Below are positions 25,698 through 38,246 of a DNA stretch of 64,000 nt, one piece after another. Both the position numbers and the translations under genes were made by a program. Position 1 is the stretch's first letter. Each line of letters begins with the position of its first letter. Location: positions 15,782,150-15,846,149 of the forward strand of contig NC_134026.1 of NCBI RefSeq assembly GCF_964204645.1, in the 5' to 3' direction. This DNA is from Tubulanus polymorphus. Taxonomy: Eukaryota > Animalia > Nemertea. The notes below the pieces were generated by a model. The model was given only the letters and a program-made list of their open reading frames with translations. It was not told the origin of the DNA and did no database searches.

Positions 25698-25810
25698 TGA
25701 AATGATAAATTGTTTGACAGTTGAAATGATAAATTGTTTGGGCAGTTGAAATGATAAATTGTTTGACAGTTGAAATGATAAATTGTTTGACAGTTGAAAT
25801 GATAAATTGT
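25698..25810. repeat. 24-bp minisatellite, ~4.7 copies
   Basis: tgaaatgataaattgtttgacagt repeated head to tail. Confidence 0.9.
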
Positions 25811-26064
25811 CTCAAGTTCATCAACACCGGTTGAATTATATGGGTACCATCGTTTCACCTGCTGCCACCATGTTTCAAATCCTCAAAGAATAATATTTGT
25901 TTCTAGTAATCCGTAGTAATCCGTAGCCATCCTGGCCTACGCATTTATTCAAACTAAACTACTCTAGGTTACAAAGTCACATGATAAGCTGGATGATAAG
26001 TGTCGACATCTGTACATACATATTGGTACTCAAGTTAATGATGATAAGCAATATTGAGATATTG

Positions 26065-27050
26065 TAGCAATTCCAACTGATAAACGATGAACTCATCAAA
26101 CTTCGAATGTGGTTTCAAGTTAACAAATTGTCTCTTAACCTTGAAAAATGTTATTTTATGATTTTCGGAAATTTCAAGGGTACCCCTTGTGCTATAAAAA
26201 TTGGAAATGTCCCAATAAAGCAAGTTCATTCCACAAAATTTCTTGGTTTATATATTGATAGTAAACTGACGTGGTCTGACCACACATCGTTTGTCTGTAA
26301 AAAGATCTCTCGTAGTATTGGTGTTTCAAATAGAGTTAAAAGACGATTGGCAGTTTTAGTGATGAAAACCTTATACTATAGTTTTGTTTACCCGTATATC
26401 CAATACTGCAATTTTATCTGGGGCAATAACTACGAATCGAGAATCAGGCCAATAATCCTACTTCAAAAGGGTGCGATCAGGGTAATATCGAAGGTTACCT
26501 TCTTTGATCATACAGCCCCCATCTTCAAAAACTTAGGTATCCTTACTTTTCGAGCAATGACGAAATTTCAATTGTGCTTTTTCATATTTGAATATAATGA
26601 TTCACTACTGCCTAACTCGTTTTCAGATTATTTTTCATTAAATTCCGACTTTCACCATCAACATACTCGAAACCGTCATGCATTCAAAGTAGAACAATTT
26701 AGAACCAATCGAAAGAAATTTTCATTAAAACTATCAGCCCCTTTAAGTTGGAATAACTTACCTTACTCACTGAAGATCATTGGATCAGTATCCCTTCCAG
26801 TTTCTAAACGTGCTCGCAAACAGTATCTTCACAATTAATGTTTCGATAACTTTGCCAGTCTCTGCCATCTGGCACTTAAATATTTTCTGTGTGAATGTGG
26901 TGTGAAAGAGAGTGTGATTGGGTGTACGAGGGTGGCATGAATATCATATAAACCTTAACAGGTTTCTTCATGTTTCCCACCAGCTTTAATTTTTGTATTT
27001 ATACGATTATTATAATTCAAAATGGAAAAACAAATTATTATTATTATTAT
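26065..27050 (+). mobile_element. 5'-truncated L2/Crack-type LINE (RT C-terminal part, ORF 26107-26838) with (TTA)n tail
   Basis: WFQVNKLSLN..KFLGLYIDSKLTWSDH..LYYSFVYPYIQYC..WG..LQKGAIR..TRN..WNNLP; attattattattat at ~27034-27050. Confidence 0.85.
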
Positions 27051-28469
27051 GTTTTACACTAAAAATTTGTTCCTAGTAGTACAACGCGTTGCATGGGTTC
27101 GGAATTAATGGAACAACGGCATTTCAAATACGGATTATAGCGTATACGAATTTTACTCGACACAGAAAAGGGGAATTCGTTTGAAAAGACACATAAATAT
27201 AAGATATGTTAAAAAACGCACGGCATTTTACTCCAGGGATTGGCAAAATTTTAAGTTATTTATTCAGTACTTGTGTAGCGGTACGGTCTTTTTGTAACAC
27301 GCGGACCGCGAGCGCGCCTTATTCTCCGGGACTCGACCCTTAGTGATGCTGCAAAACCGGCGCGATTGTTATTCTAAAAAATCCAGTCTTCCAATCGGTT
27401 TCTACGGAGAAATACGAACTAAAAATAACATTTTTTGACATTATTTTGTGAATATTCTGAAAATTACGCAAAATCATTTTGTAATCCTTCATTCACGTAT
27501 TTAAACTACCCGCGCGACGCGGCCCGCAAGTTTCGACGAAAGTCCGTCCGTGACCGTCATTTTCGTTGCCGCGATTTGGCCAATGCCATGTGTCCCGGAT
27601 GTAAACCACACTTTTTGAGAAGGACGGTATGGAGAAACATAGAAAATTTGAATTTGCCTCACATGCGCGATTAACTTAAGGAGCTTCCAGCTCGCACCTT
27701 CGGCGCTTGTTGTGCGCGTATGAATGACCTGTAGCCCTACACATACAGTTTTTGACATTCTATCATATCATTTAATGATAATTACTGAAGTACTCGAGGA
27801 AGGCCCCGACGAAATATTTTGAAGCATGAATTTATTTGCATTGTTTCAATCATAACATGACATGTAATGCATTCACATCATGACGTTACTTAGGCTTATG
27901 TTTAAAATAGTGATTAAGATGAGCACAACATACATAGCATCAAAATTTTAAAGTTCAGCCATCCATTAAACATTGACTCGTTGTTTAGTGGAGTAGCCCA
28001 AACACATTTTTTGAAATCATTTTCAGTGCCGTATCCGAATCTGTAAGGAGAGATGAAATGGGGTTTCTTCCGAGTTCCTGAGCTAATAATAACTAGTTTT
28101 AAAATTGAAAAGTGATTTCGACGGTTTATTCGAAGTCTAAAAGCCTTGCGTAAGTCGAATCTTTTGGGACCAAGACAAATCCTTCGGCTTGGCAAAAATT
28201 CCGATTTCCAACCTTTTCCAAAAACTACGACTTCCAATTAATTTCTGTAAACGGACAAAGTAAATCCATATCTACAAGAAATGATTAAAAACACTAAAAT
28301 ATTTCGGTTTTATTTTTTCCAATATACACTCTCACAACTAGAATAACGACTGTTGACATGTATCATCGATTTACAGCCAGAAAAAAAGGGTCGAAACAGG
28401 AAATAAAAAAGAAGAAAAAATTCTTGACCATCAGTATTCATGTGATATTGTGATAAGCGACTGTCTAAC

Positions 28470-28645
28470 GTAAATTCCTAGTTTCTGAGCCGAAATGATC
28501 GTCCTTTTAATTTCGCAAGTGACTTTTTAGGTAAATTCCTAGTTTCTGACCCGAAATGATTGCCTTTTTAATTTGTAAATAACTTTTTAGGTAAATTCCG
28601 AGTTTCTGAGCCGAAATTATCGCCCTTTATTATTATTTCGCAAGT
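28470..28645. repeat. ~60-bp tandem repeat x3, cut by the BEL LTR
   Basis: gtaaattcc.agtttctga.ccgaaat at 28470, 28531, 28591. Confidence 0.8.
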
Positions 28646-28826
28646 GTCAGAGACAGACGACCCTAGTCGATCTTTAGCACTGTAACATTTCATGAGAACA
28701 ATAATGAGTCAGTTGTAGTACAGAATTCACAGCGTTCGGTTCTGTATTCGTCAAGCAGTCTCACACAGCTCCGGGTTTGGGCCCGTAAAATCCCACATGG
28801 TGCCTTGATCAGGATAACACAACGCA

Positions 28827-29895
28827 ATGGAAGACTTAAATAAACTCAAAACGAAACGGACAATTAGGCAATCAACAAGATTATGAAGAAAAAAACGCAT
28901 TCAATGGAAGATTTCTCCGAGCTCGAGGCGAGAATGGAGGAAATGAGAAGTACATACGAGACATGTCTGGATTTAAGCGACAAAATCGAAGCTCTATCTA
29001 TAAAAGAACCGGATTATGCTAACGAAATATCAACATCTAAAAAATCGCGAACTGAACAGAGGGTGACGCCGATGCGCATAAAAGCATTCCTAGATTCGAA
29101 CACAACGAAAACGGAATCAAACAACAATGATAGTGACCAACAAAAAAACAGCGCAATTACCGAAAATCAAGCTGCCAACATTCGATGGAACACCAACAAA
29201 ATGGGCATCGTTTTAGCAAACAATGCAAGCCGACGACATGAACGGTGATTATTGCGATCGCGACATCACAAAATTTAATTACATCACCAGACAGCTTCGT
29301 GGAACAGCGGCAGATGCTATGGTTGGAATCCACGCATCAGGAGAGAATTTGTCAACAATCGTATCAATTGTAAAGGACAGATTCGGACAACCGAGAAAAG
29401 TAATTCGCGCCCACATCAACGAAATTTTGGACCTCACCCCACCAGCTACCAATTATACAGCCTTGCACCAATTTCTATTTACCGTGAAGGGACACATTCG
29501 ATCTCTTGAGAATTTGGAAGTAGAAAGTGCAAAATGTTCGGCGTTACTTGTACCAATTTTGGAACGGAAAATTCCTAAGCCAATCCTAGATCGTATGGGG
29601 ATCTGTGACCAAACGACAAAATTCAACATCGAAAAATTCACGAATGCGTTTACGGAGGAATTAGATAATATGGGTTAGAGAGGCAATCAGGAACAGAACC
29701 AGAATACAGAATACATCAACAATCAAATATCAGACCGAGAACCGGAATCGCGACGGGGCTGGTACCCTACACACGGGATACCAGTTGTAGAATCTGTTTA
29801 GGGAACCACAAGACATAGAATGTCCTCTATCCCCAGCGGAAAGAGGCAAGAGGGTTAGTGAAGAACAAAAATGCTTCAATTGGTTAGGAACTTAA
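28827..29895 (+). pseudogene. BEL/Pao gag (DUF1759-type), frameshifted
   Basis: LPKIKLPTFDGTPTKW, KFNYITRQLRGTAA..DRFGQPRKVIRAHI; the knuckle CRECKRRHHTSLH resumes at ~31370. Confidence 0.85.
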
Positions 29896-31332
29896 AGGGT
29901 AACTGACACTTTTTTTTTTATTTCAAAATATGATGTATTCTATTGATCTATACACTCATCTTCAACCGTTCTGTTCCAAAATGTTTAGTTAACGCGCAAT
30001 TTGTGATTTTGTAACAAGATTTTTGACCTCATTTCGTTGTTTACATCGCTTACTGTTCAGCGTCGGCTAAATCAGCAGGTGCGCGCTGCAACGTCATTAC
30101 AGGCAGAGCTGAGAAATAGCGTCTATAGAAATGTGTTGAATTTTGAGGAAACTGCGTGTATTTTCTGTTATATCTCAATGCCAGATTGTTTTACAGCTTT
30201 GAAACTGGCCAGGGAGTTAAAAGGATCTATTGTCTATTGCATAAACCTATTTCAAAGAATCAATGAGTAATTTGAATAGGCTAAATCGATCAAATTGAAG
30301 ATGCAGATTTCAATCCGCTGCTATGAAGCTATTTTAAAGTACACTATGCTAAGCTCTCAGCACTGTTACTGCTGCTCCATAGTTCACCTATAGTTCAGCA
30401 CCACAAGCATACTACAGTGTCTTATGTAATCACAGATTTCGATCTCGCTAAAGAATAAATAGATTCATATTCGTTTACTATTTTTCAAAGTCATTTAAGA
30501 CTAAGTAGGCCTAGTTTTAAAACTAACACTTCAAAACTCTACAAAAACTTTCATAAATTTCTACAGCTTTACAACAAATATTCAAAGGAATAATGTTTTT
30601 CGATTAAAGTTTCACGCTGCAGAAGAGTTTTGATAGATTACATCACAAATCTTTCACAAATGTTATTTCTAAGTTTTAAAATAGGATGGATGAGGAAATA
30701 TTCTTATTTTGTGACCAAAGCCGCTACCAATACGAGGTATATTTCAAGAAAAGAATTGAAATTATTCTTGCGGCTAATTCTGTCTAAGTTTCATCATCAG
30801 TTCATTAGTCAAAATATTCTTAGATCTAACTATGATCTTACTTACTATCACTAAATGATATTACAAAACGATGATATAAACATCCGTGTTCCCTGCTGTC
30901 TACTAGAAAATGCCATGGATTGCTATTCAAATCCTATTTTTGCGCTTAGTTGGAACGGATATGGTCCATTCAACAGTTAAGTATAATCATTAATATGTAG
31001 ACTTTCAAAATCAAGAGGCATTTTGTCTCAATTCGAATGCCAAATAGGTATAAAATTAAGTTGAATTGCTCTTGTAGCTTATTTCCTATTCATTTCTATA
31101 GACATCATTTCCGAGCCGTTACTTTAGTGACGTAGTTCTATTAATAGACACAGTACCACGCGTTCAGCAGAAGCAATGTATACACTGAACAGGTGCGCGA
31201 ACATCAAAATCATCAATTCTGACTAGATTGAAAAGATTTGTCCAATTATGAAATCACCTAGCCTTATTGTATACTATAATATATCGTTTAGTGTAAAAAG
31301 TAGAAAATCTTTTAAAAAGTGTCAGTTACCCT
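29896..31332. mobile_element. Kolobok-type non-autonomous DNA transposon
   Basis: TTAA|AGGGTAACTGACACTTTT...AAAAGTGTCAGTTACCCT|TTAA. Confidence 0.8.
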
Positions 31333-31336
31333 TTAA

Positions 31337-31757
31337 CCATCGTAGAGAACAGAATGTCGTAATACGAAAACATGCCGAGAATGCAAACGAAGGCATCATA
31401 CCAGTCTGCACGAAAACTTTCGTTCGTTGGACAATAACAGAGGAGAAAATCAGAATCAGAATCGCTATCAAACAAAACAGCAAATGTTAACCATATCTGA
31501 AAGGAGCGTGCCAGTTGTGCTATTAGGCAACAGGGGACAGTCTGAAGTGTCGTCCGTCACACCGGAAGTGACCAGCGCAGATTCAACAGACACGGATGAC
31601 ATCGTGTTATTGCAAACTGCACGTGTTACTTTTGGGTAATATCGACAACAATAAACAGTTACATAATCAGGGACTGTTGCTGGATCGAGGTAGTCATGAT
31701 ACCTACTTGACCCGTAAAGTAGTCGACAGTTTGATTATCGGCAAAAAGTTAAGAGAA
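31337..31757 (+). pseudogene. BEL gag knuckle and aspartic protease N-part (continues 39081-39338)
   Basis: IVLLQTARV, LLLDRGSHDTYLTRKVVDSL; continues VIGG..LPHIANLELADSF..VEIPLG. Confidence 0.75.
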
Positions 31758-31833
31758 AAAAAAACTTCAGTCGTCGTGGAATACAGACGTGTTTTCGGCG
31801 CTCTCCGTGAATACAATACCAGCACAGTAAACA

Positions 31834-32450
31834 ATGGATCTCCAACAAGCTAGAACCTTCCAATACTACAGCATGATGGCAAAAGACTTTAAAAACTTCT
31901 TGCTCGTACCGAAAATTCGAGTGCAATACAGCAAGTTGGACATAAGATTTGTGAAATTCTGCACAACGACCGAACATCGAATGAGTGCATCGAAAAAGTC
32001 ATTGATTTTAACCCGTACAATGTCGGTGTATTCTGTGGTTCATCCGACAAATACCATATTTTGAAGAAACACACAATCAGTCACAGAGGAGCAACAATAA
32101 GATTTAGATCAGCGCTTGAAACTTCAACAATTGTAAGAATAGAAGGTGTCCCGATCGATTGCTCACATGATGTAGTTGACAGCATCATAAAACGATATGG
32201 AGACATTCTAACAGGGTCTTATCACCCAACACTTGGCAAAACAAACTTCCGTAACGGCGAGAAGCGAGTCCTGGATCGCCGATCCCGAGGAACATTGCTT
32301 TAGATTCAAAACTTTATGGACTTCTGCTCATCCGAGTATATTCCAACGGTCAGCCAGATCACTGCGCGATTTGCGGAGAATTCAACCACACGTGGGTTGA
32401 ATGCCAGGTTACGTGTTCGCATCCGACACACAACCCAGATCGCTGCAGAC
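31834..32450 (+). pseudogene. L1/Tx1 ORF1 (RRM-like region plus CCHC knuckle), frameshifted
   Basis: IVRIEGVPIDCSHDVVDSIIKRYGDI..FRNG; GQPDHCAICGEFNHTWVEC at ~32348-32405. Confidence 0.75.
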
Positions 32451-32456
32451 AAATCC

Positions 32457-34635
32457 GGAATCCACCCATTTAGTCTTCTGACATTTAGTCTCCCGGACAT
32501 TTAGTCTTTTCCACTTGGTCTTCTGACAATTAGTCCTCTTTGATATCACAAACCCAAGACAATTAGTCTCCCTGATATAACTAATCACCTGCTCATAGGA
32601 CTCAGTCTATGGGTTAAGATTGTTTAATGTATGGTATTGTACTAAGTGTTGATATGGTTGTATGGTATAGTACTAACTTTGATTGAAAAACTATAAATTA
32701 AATTCACTTCACTTTTAAATGTTTTTATTTAGTTGCATATCTACAAGAACCAATATTTACAAGATATTTACAATATATATTATATATATACTATATATTA
32801 ATCTAGCCTCTTTTAACAATAACCCTACATGTGAACTGAAATCATTAGTACTCATTGGCCTGTTTAGGCTATATGTATTGTTTCCTTAGATCAAAGAATA
32901 ACTAATTAATTAATTAATTAGTTCCCTTTAATCTAGCCTCTTTTAACAATAACCTACACGTGAACTGAAATCATTAGTACTCATTGGCCTGCTTAGGCTA
33001 TATGTATTGTTTCATTAGATTAAAGAACAACAAATTAATTAATTAATTAGTTCCCTTTAATCTAGCCTCTTTTAACAATAACCCTACATGTGAACTGATT
33101 TAGCAACACTAATCTGACAGCTAAGCTCTAAAATAGATATTGAAAAATGGGTATCAAAATAATCGACGGAATCTTGCGATTCTGAATTTTGTATTTATAT
33201 TCAAGTATTATAAGTTTTATAAATCAATATGTTTGTGTTTTTTTTTATTAACTAAAATATTGTCTGAACCTATTGGAGTATTAACATGTTCATGCAAGCT
33301 GTTACCTTCCTGGCAGGTATGACCAGTCAAGGGTATCGCAAACAAGCGAACTTGTCATTTCTTGAGATCGACAATCTGTCGTTCTGAGTAATTATTCATA
33401 ATTTATAACAATGTGTAATTAACAAGTTTGTACCAACAATTAGCAGGTTTGGCATTGGTTACCACCAACAAGGGTGATCCAAACCTTAGTTACCGTGGGC
33501 AAAGTCACGGAACAGACCAATCAGGGTTATGGTATTTTTGAGGTATAAATAGTGGACGAAGGGCAGCTGAGGTCACTTTATGATGAACCTCGCTTTAAGG
33601 AATAAATCTGTGTATATTTTAATCGTCTGCTCTTCGTCAAATTACAGGTATGTGTAATAAGTTTTATAATATTTTATTAAGTCATATTCTATGGAAATAT
33701 TGACTAGGCCTAGGATGTACTTTATTTAATAATATTACTTATTAAGTATGGCCGAATACATGGTGTTTTAATATAATAGTTGAAATAATATTAATCAATT
33801 ATACTAGAGCAATAGTATGTGTTCAAATAGGTTAGATGTTCTTGAGCAGTTATGTTCTATTTTAATTAACTTGGCCGCCATTTTTGGCAAGTAATCAATG
33901 AGAATTACGGCCAGAATATGCTCGATATCAGAGAACATTAGTTTCGTATTTAAGTATTATGAAATAAGTCGACAGTATACTAATCATTAAGATAAACACG
34001 TTTTATATTTAATCTGTATCATTTATACTCATATATCATCACATATCTATTAATGTCACTTTATGATGAACCTTGCTTTAAGGAATAAATCTGTGTATAT
34101 TTTAATCGTCTGCTCTTCGTCAAATTACAGGGTCTTGCGTTTGTAGTTGTCTTAGCTAGAACTACCGAAAGTTACTGAGGAATACATCTATCCAAACTTT
34201 CTATTATTAAACTGAAATCATTAGTACTCATTGGCCTGTTTAGGCTATATGTATTGTTTCCTTAGATTAAAGAATAACTAATCAATTGATTAAACAGTTC
34301 CCTTTAATCTAGCATCATTTAACAATAACCCTACATGATTGTGAACTGAAATCATTAGTTCCCGCTAGCTTATCAAATTATTCAGTTCCTAAAGAGCAAC
34401 TAATCTATTGTTGTCCTCAGATATATTTTTGGTAACAAGAAAATTTTGAAGAGAATTCAGCCATATTATCAGTATTTTAAGATAATAAACCCCAGTACTA
34501 ACTACAGTACTAACTGTACCTCCCTAGAAGGAAGACTAAATGTCCCAATTTGGAAGACTTATTGTCAGAAGACTAATTGGATGGAAACTAAATGTACAAA
34601 GACTAAATGTCGGAAGACTAAATGTACCAAATTCC
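32457..34635. mobile_element. Non-autonomous DNA element with ~15-bp subterminal repeats and an internal ~130-bp tandem array
   Basis: GGAAT..ATTCC ends; catttagtc repeats on the left, gactaaatg on the right; array units at ~32798, 32928, 33058, 34210-34360. Confidence 0.65.
33300..34190 (+). mobile_element. Solo-LTR-like insert with TATA box and 77-bp internal direct repeat
   Basis: TATAAA at 33544; 33572-33648 equals 34055-34131 (1 mismatch) and contains AATAAA; boundaries uncertain. Confidence 0.45.
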
Positions 34636-35620
34636 TCGGTAGGAGAGGACGGTCTCTTCCTGCTTTCGTCAGGTTTCGAGTTGGTTTCGGCCGCGACAGT
34701 TTCCACAACCCTGGTATCTGGATATTTACTGGTAGTGCTTGCTGCTTCTGCTGGTGTTGGATTGTTCTTCCGTATACTTTGCGAAGCCATATTCTGTCGA
34801 TGAATAATAATCGTGCATAAATATAACTTTAATAATAATTCCTCAACTGGGCCGTTCAAACTTCAATAGCGGGACAAACCGGATCTCGAAACCAGCTAAA
34901 CGGATTGCTCCCACCAAAATATGGTACAAACAAGATATAGATTATCATCTCAAAATATCCCCATGGAAAATGTGAAGAAATCGAATCGCATTTAAATATT
35001 TCTTTTCGCAAATCTCAATGTTCAGTGAAACGGCGGTGTGCAGTGGGAGACCCCTTTTGCGCGTAATCTCAAACTCAAGCGGGTACAGATCAGTCGTCAG
35101 GAAAGATATTCAAACGATTTTAACTCAGGTTTAAACTGCAAATAACTCTCTTTAACCTCTGTGCAAATTGAAAATATAGCTTCAAGCGATACTTAGATAT
35201 TTCAAAATTTATAAATATTGCGATTTCTTTTACGCACGGTTAAGATATGCGGTCCTTGGTTTCACATCGTCACTGTTCTCAATTGTTGCGTTCAAAGATT
35301 CCAAGAATCGCCAGCAATTATCTGCATTTCATTTCCTTTAAAATGCTGTATAACTTAAGTTCATCGAGCAAGGGGCTGCAGAACTATATGATATTCAATC
35401 TAAACTTATGTTTTAAAGATGAGCGCAAATCATCGCAACAATCGGGACCTCGAGGGACCGCCACAAAATGGCGCATAGAAACTGGAAACTTCTTTATTAG
35501 AACGATCCAACTGAACTATCAGTTGCTAACACGAAAATTCTACAGAGCAGGATAGGCCAGCATCCAACGAACCGTGTGCAACGTGTGCACCGACAACAAC
35601 AGCAACGTCTAAAAAATCTT

Positions 35621-36851
35621 TGTGAAAGATACCGGGATGGAGAGATTGCTATGCCTGACTTCCTCACAGGCATAGGTCACAATATTCATCTTGGATGAAT
35701 AATTAGTGATAACTGCTGTGGTATATAAACTGTATAGTGATGAATAAACTGTGCCTAATGTGTTGAACCGTGCTGAAAAACTGCTTTAATTACAATTTCT
35801 AGATTTAATAATTCTCCATCTATGATATTTAATTTAGCAACCGTGCATTCGATTGGATTGTAAAATCTTCTTAAATTTGGCGTTCTCTGAGTTGGGTTAT
35901 TTCACTAAGATATCCACTAATCGTTCCCTTTGATTATCAGGATTACCCTGAAGTTTCTCTCATGAAATAATGGTTTTGATTTTTTACTGAGTTGACACGT
36001 TCTCAATAAGCAAACTGAGTTGATGGGACATTTTTTCCTACCCTACAAATGGGACATTTTTTCCGGGGACATTTTTTCCCTGGGACATTTTTTCCTGGGA
36101 CATTTTTTCCGGGGACATTTTTTCCGGGACATTTTTTCCCGGGACATTTTTACCTACATTCGGCAAACCAGTAGGAAGCTACAGGACCTAGCATTCTGGC
36201 CAAAATTGACATTTTTGGGCACTAACTAGGTCATAGGACGGCCATCTTGAGTGTGAAAGATACCGGGATGGAGAGATTGCTATGCCTGACTTCCTCACAG
36301 GCATAGGTCACAATATTCATCTTGGATGAATAATTAGTGATAACTGCTGTGGTATATAAACTGTATAGTGATGAATAAACTGTGCCTAATGTGTTGAACC
36401 GTGCTGAAAAACTGCTTTAATTACAATTTCTAGATTTAATAATTCTCCATCTATGATATTTAATTTAGCAACCGTGCATTCGATTGAATTTATAAAATCT
36501 TAAATTTGGCGTTCTCTGAGTTGGGTTATTTCACTAAGATATCCACTAATCGTTCCTTTTGATTATCAGGATTACCCTGAAGTTTCTCTCATGAAATAAT
36601 GGTTTTGATTTTTTACTGAGTTGACACGTTCTCAATAAGCAAAATGAGTTGATGGGACATTTTTTCCTACCCTACAAATGGGACATTTTTTCCGGGGACA
36701 TTTTTTCCCTGAGACATTTTTTCCTGGGACATTTTTTCCGGGGACATTTTTACCTACATTCGGCAAACCAGTAGGAAGCTACAGGACCTAGCATTCTGGC
36801 CAAAATTGACATTTTTGGGCACTAACTAGGTCATAGGACGGCCATCTTGAG
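35621..36851. repeat. Recent ~600-630-bp tandem duplication
   Basis: 35621-36251 vs 36252-36851 nearly identical except for gggacattttttcc copy number. Confidence 0.9.
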
Positions 36852-37033
36852 TCAGATCGACCCAATTTTTCTTATGCTGATGGGCCCTTGGTAGATTCAT
36901 ATATAATCGAAAGATCAAGGTAATTGATCAAAGCGTCTTCAAAATTTCCCTCGTAAACTTAGAAAATGTGTAAAAAGTGCTGATTTTGGCGAACAACAAT
37001 GGCTGCCAGTCGGCCAACTTGAATCTGACAGGG

Positions 37034-38246
37034 CAAACAAACACAGGCAGTTAAGACGATAATAAACCACGCTCTAAAACCCACACACTTGAAACCACTT
37101 ATCAACTACAATCTGCAAACATATCTAGGCCCAGGCTGGAATATTTCAAACATCATTCACAATGAAATATCCAAAAGAGTCATTACAAATGACTACTACA
37201 GACATTTGTTAAAATCATGGACAGTTTTTCAACAACCTCTAGTTACAACTGAGACCATTACCGAAATTCTGCAAAACCCTATTTTTGGCAATCAAAAAAT
37301 TAAGCTCAACAAGAATGCTCAACAACCAATTTCACAGAATACATACATCACGGTATAATCAATCTACGGCATCTATTCGATAATCGTGGAAACTACAAAG
37401 CATTTAACGAAACTCCATTAACAAATAAATCTAAACACACGTGTATATACAATGCGATACCGCAACATTGTAAACTTATTCTATCTGACCAAAATTTAGA
37501 TCATGATGAATTACCAAAAATCTATGTACAATTTGGTGATATACGTAGTGTGTACTATATAGAAAACTATAGGAAAACTTTTATCATCTCAAATTTATGG
37601 AATTATATTATTAAAAAATCTCCATCAAATCACACCGATAGGGCAAACTAAAATTCCTGAAATGTTAAATACCGATCTGAACTGGCCGGAAATTTGGAAT
37701 GAAGTTTATGATAAACATATTGATAGACGATTTAGTGATATTGATTGGAAATTACTACATAATACTCTTGCAACAGCTTCAAAACTAGTACTTTGGAAAA
37801 CAAAAACTGATCCAAATTGTAAAATTTGTGGACGCGCGGCAACGAATGACCAAGTAGTATACTCATGCATAGAAGCACAGCAATTATATTCATCTATACA
37901 ACCAATCATTCAACGCATACTAGACACACCTATAAATATCACTCAAGACATCGTTTACACAGGAATTACTAAAACAATAGAAAGCGATTTCTTCAAACGC
38001 ACACTCGCGAACTACCTTTTGTTTCTCGCACAATCCATTTTGTACAAAAATCATTACAATCTAGATCAAGGCTCTGGCCGCATCAACACTATAATTTATT
38101 TCAATAACTCACTAATAGATAGCCTAAACCAAGAAATCATGCTTCAACGAAGCCTTCTTATTTGGACTCTTAACAATGTACTCATACACCTGGACGCAAG
38201 CGGACTGAACGCAGTAAACAGAATCATAATCGACACCATTAGATAG
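37034..38246 (+). pseudogene. L1/Tx1 ORF2 C-terminus (zf-RVT-like)
   Basis: YYRHLLKSW..EILQNPIFGN; WPEIW..DWKLLHNTL..DPNCKICG. Confidence 0.8.

Noticed and set aside
36020-36229. Repeat proteins (GHFF.., also ORFs 34446, 34540, 25643)
   Set aside because: Translations of minisatellites or subterminal repeats
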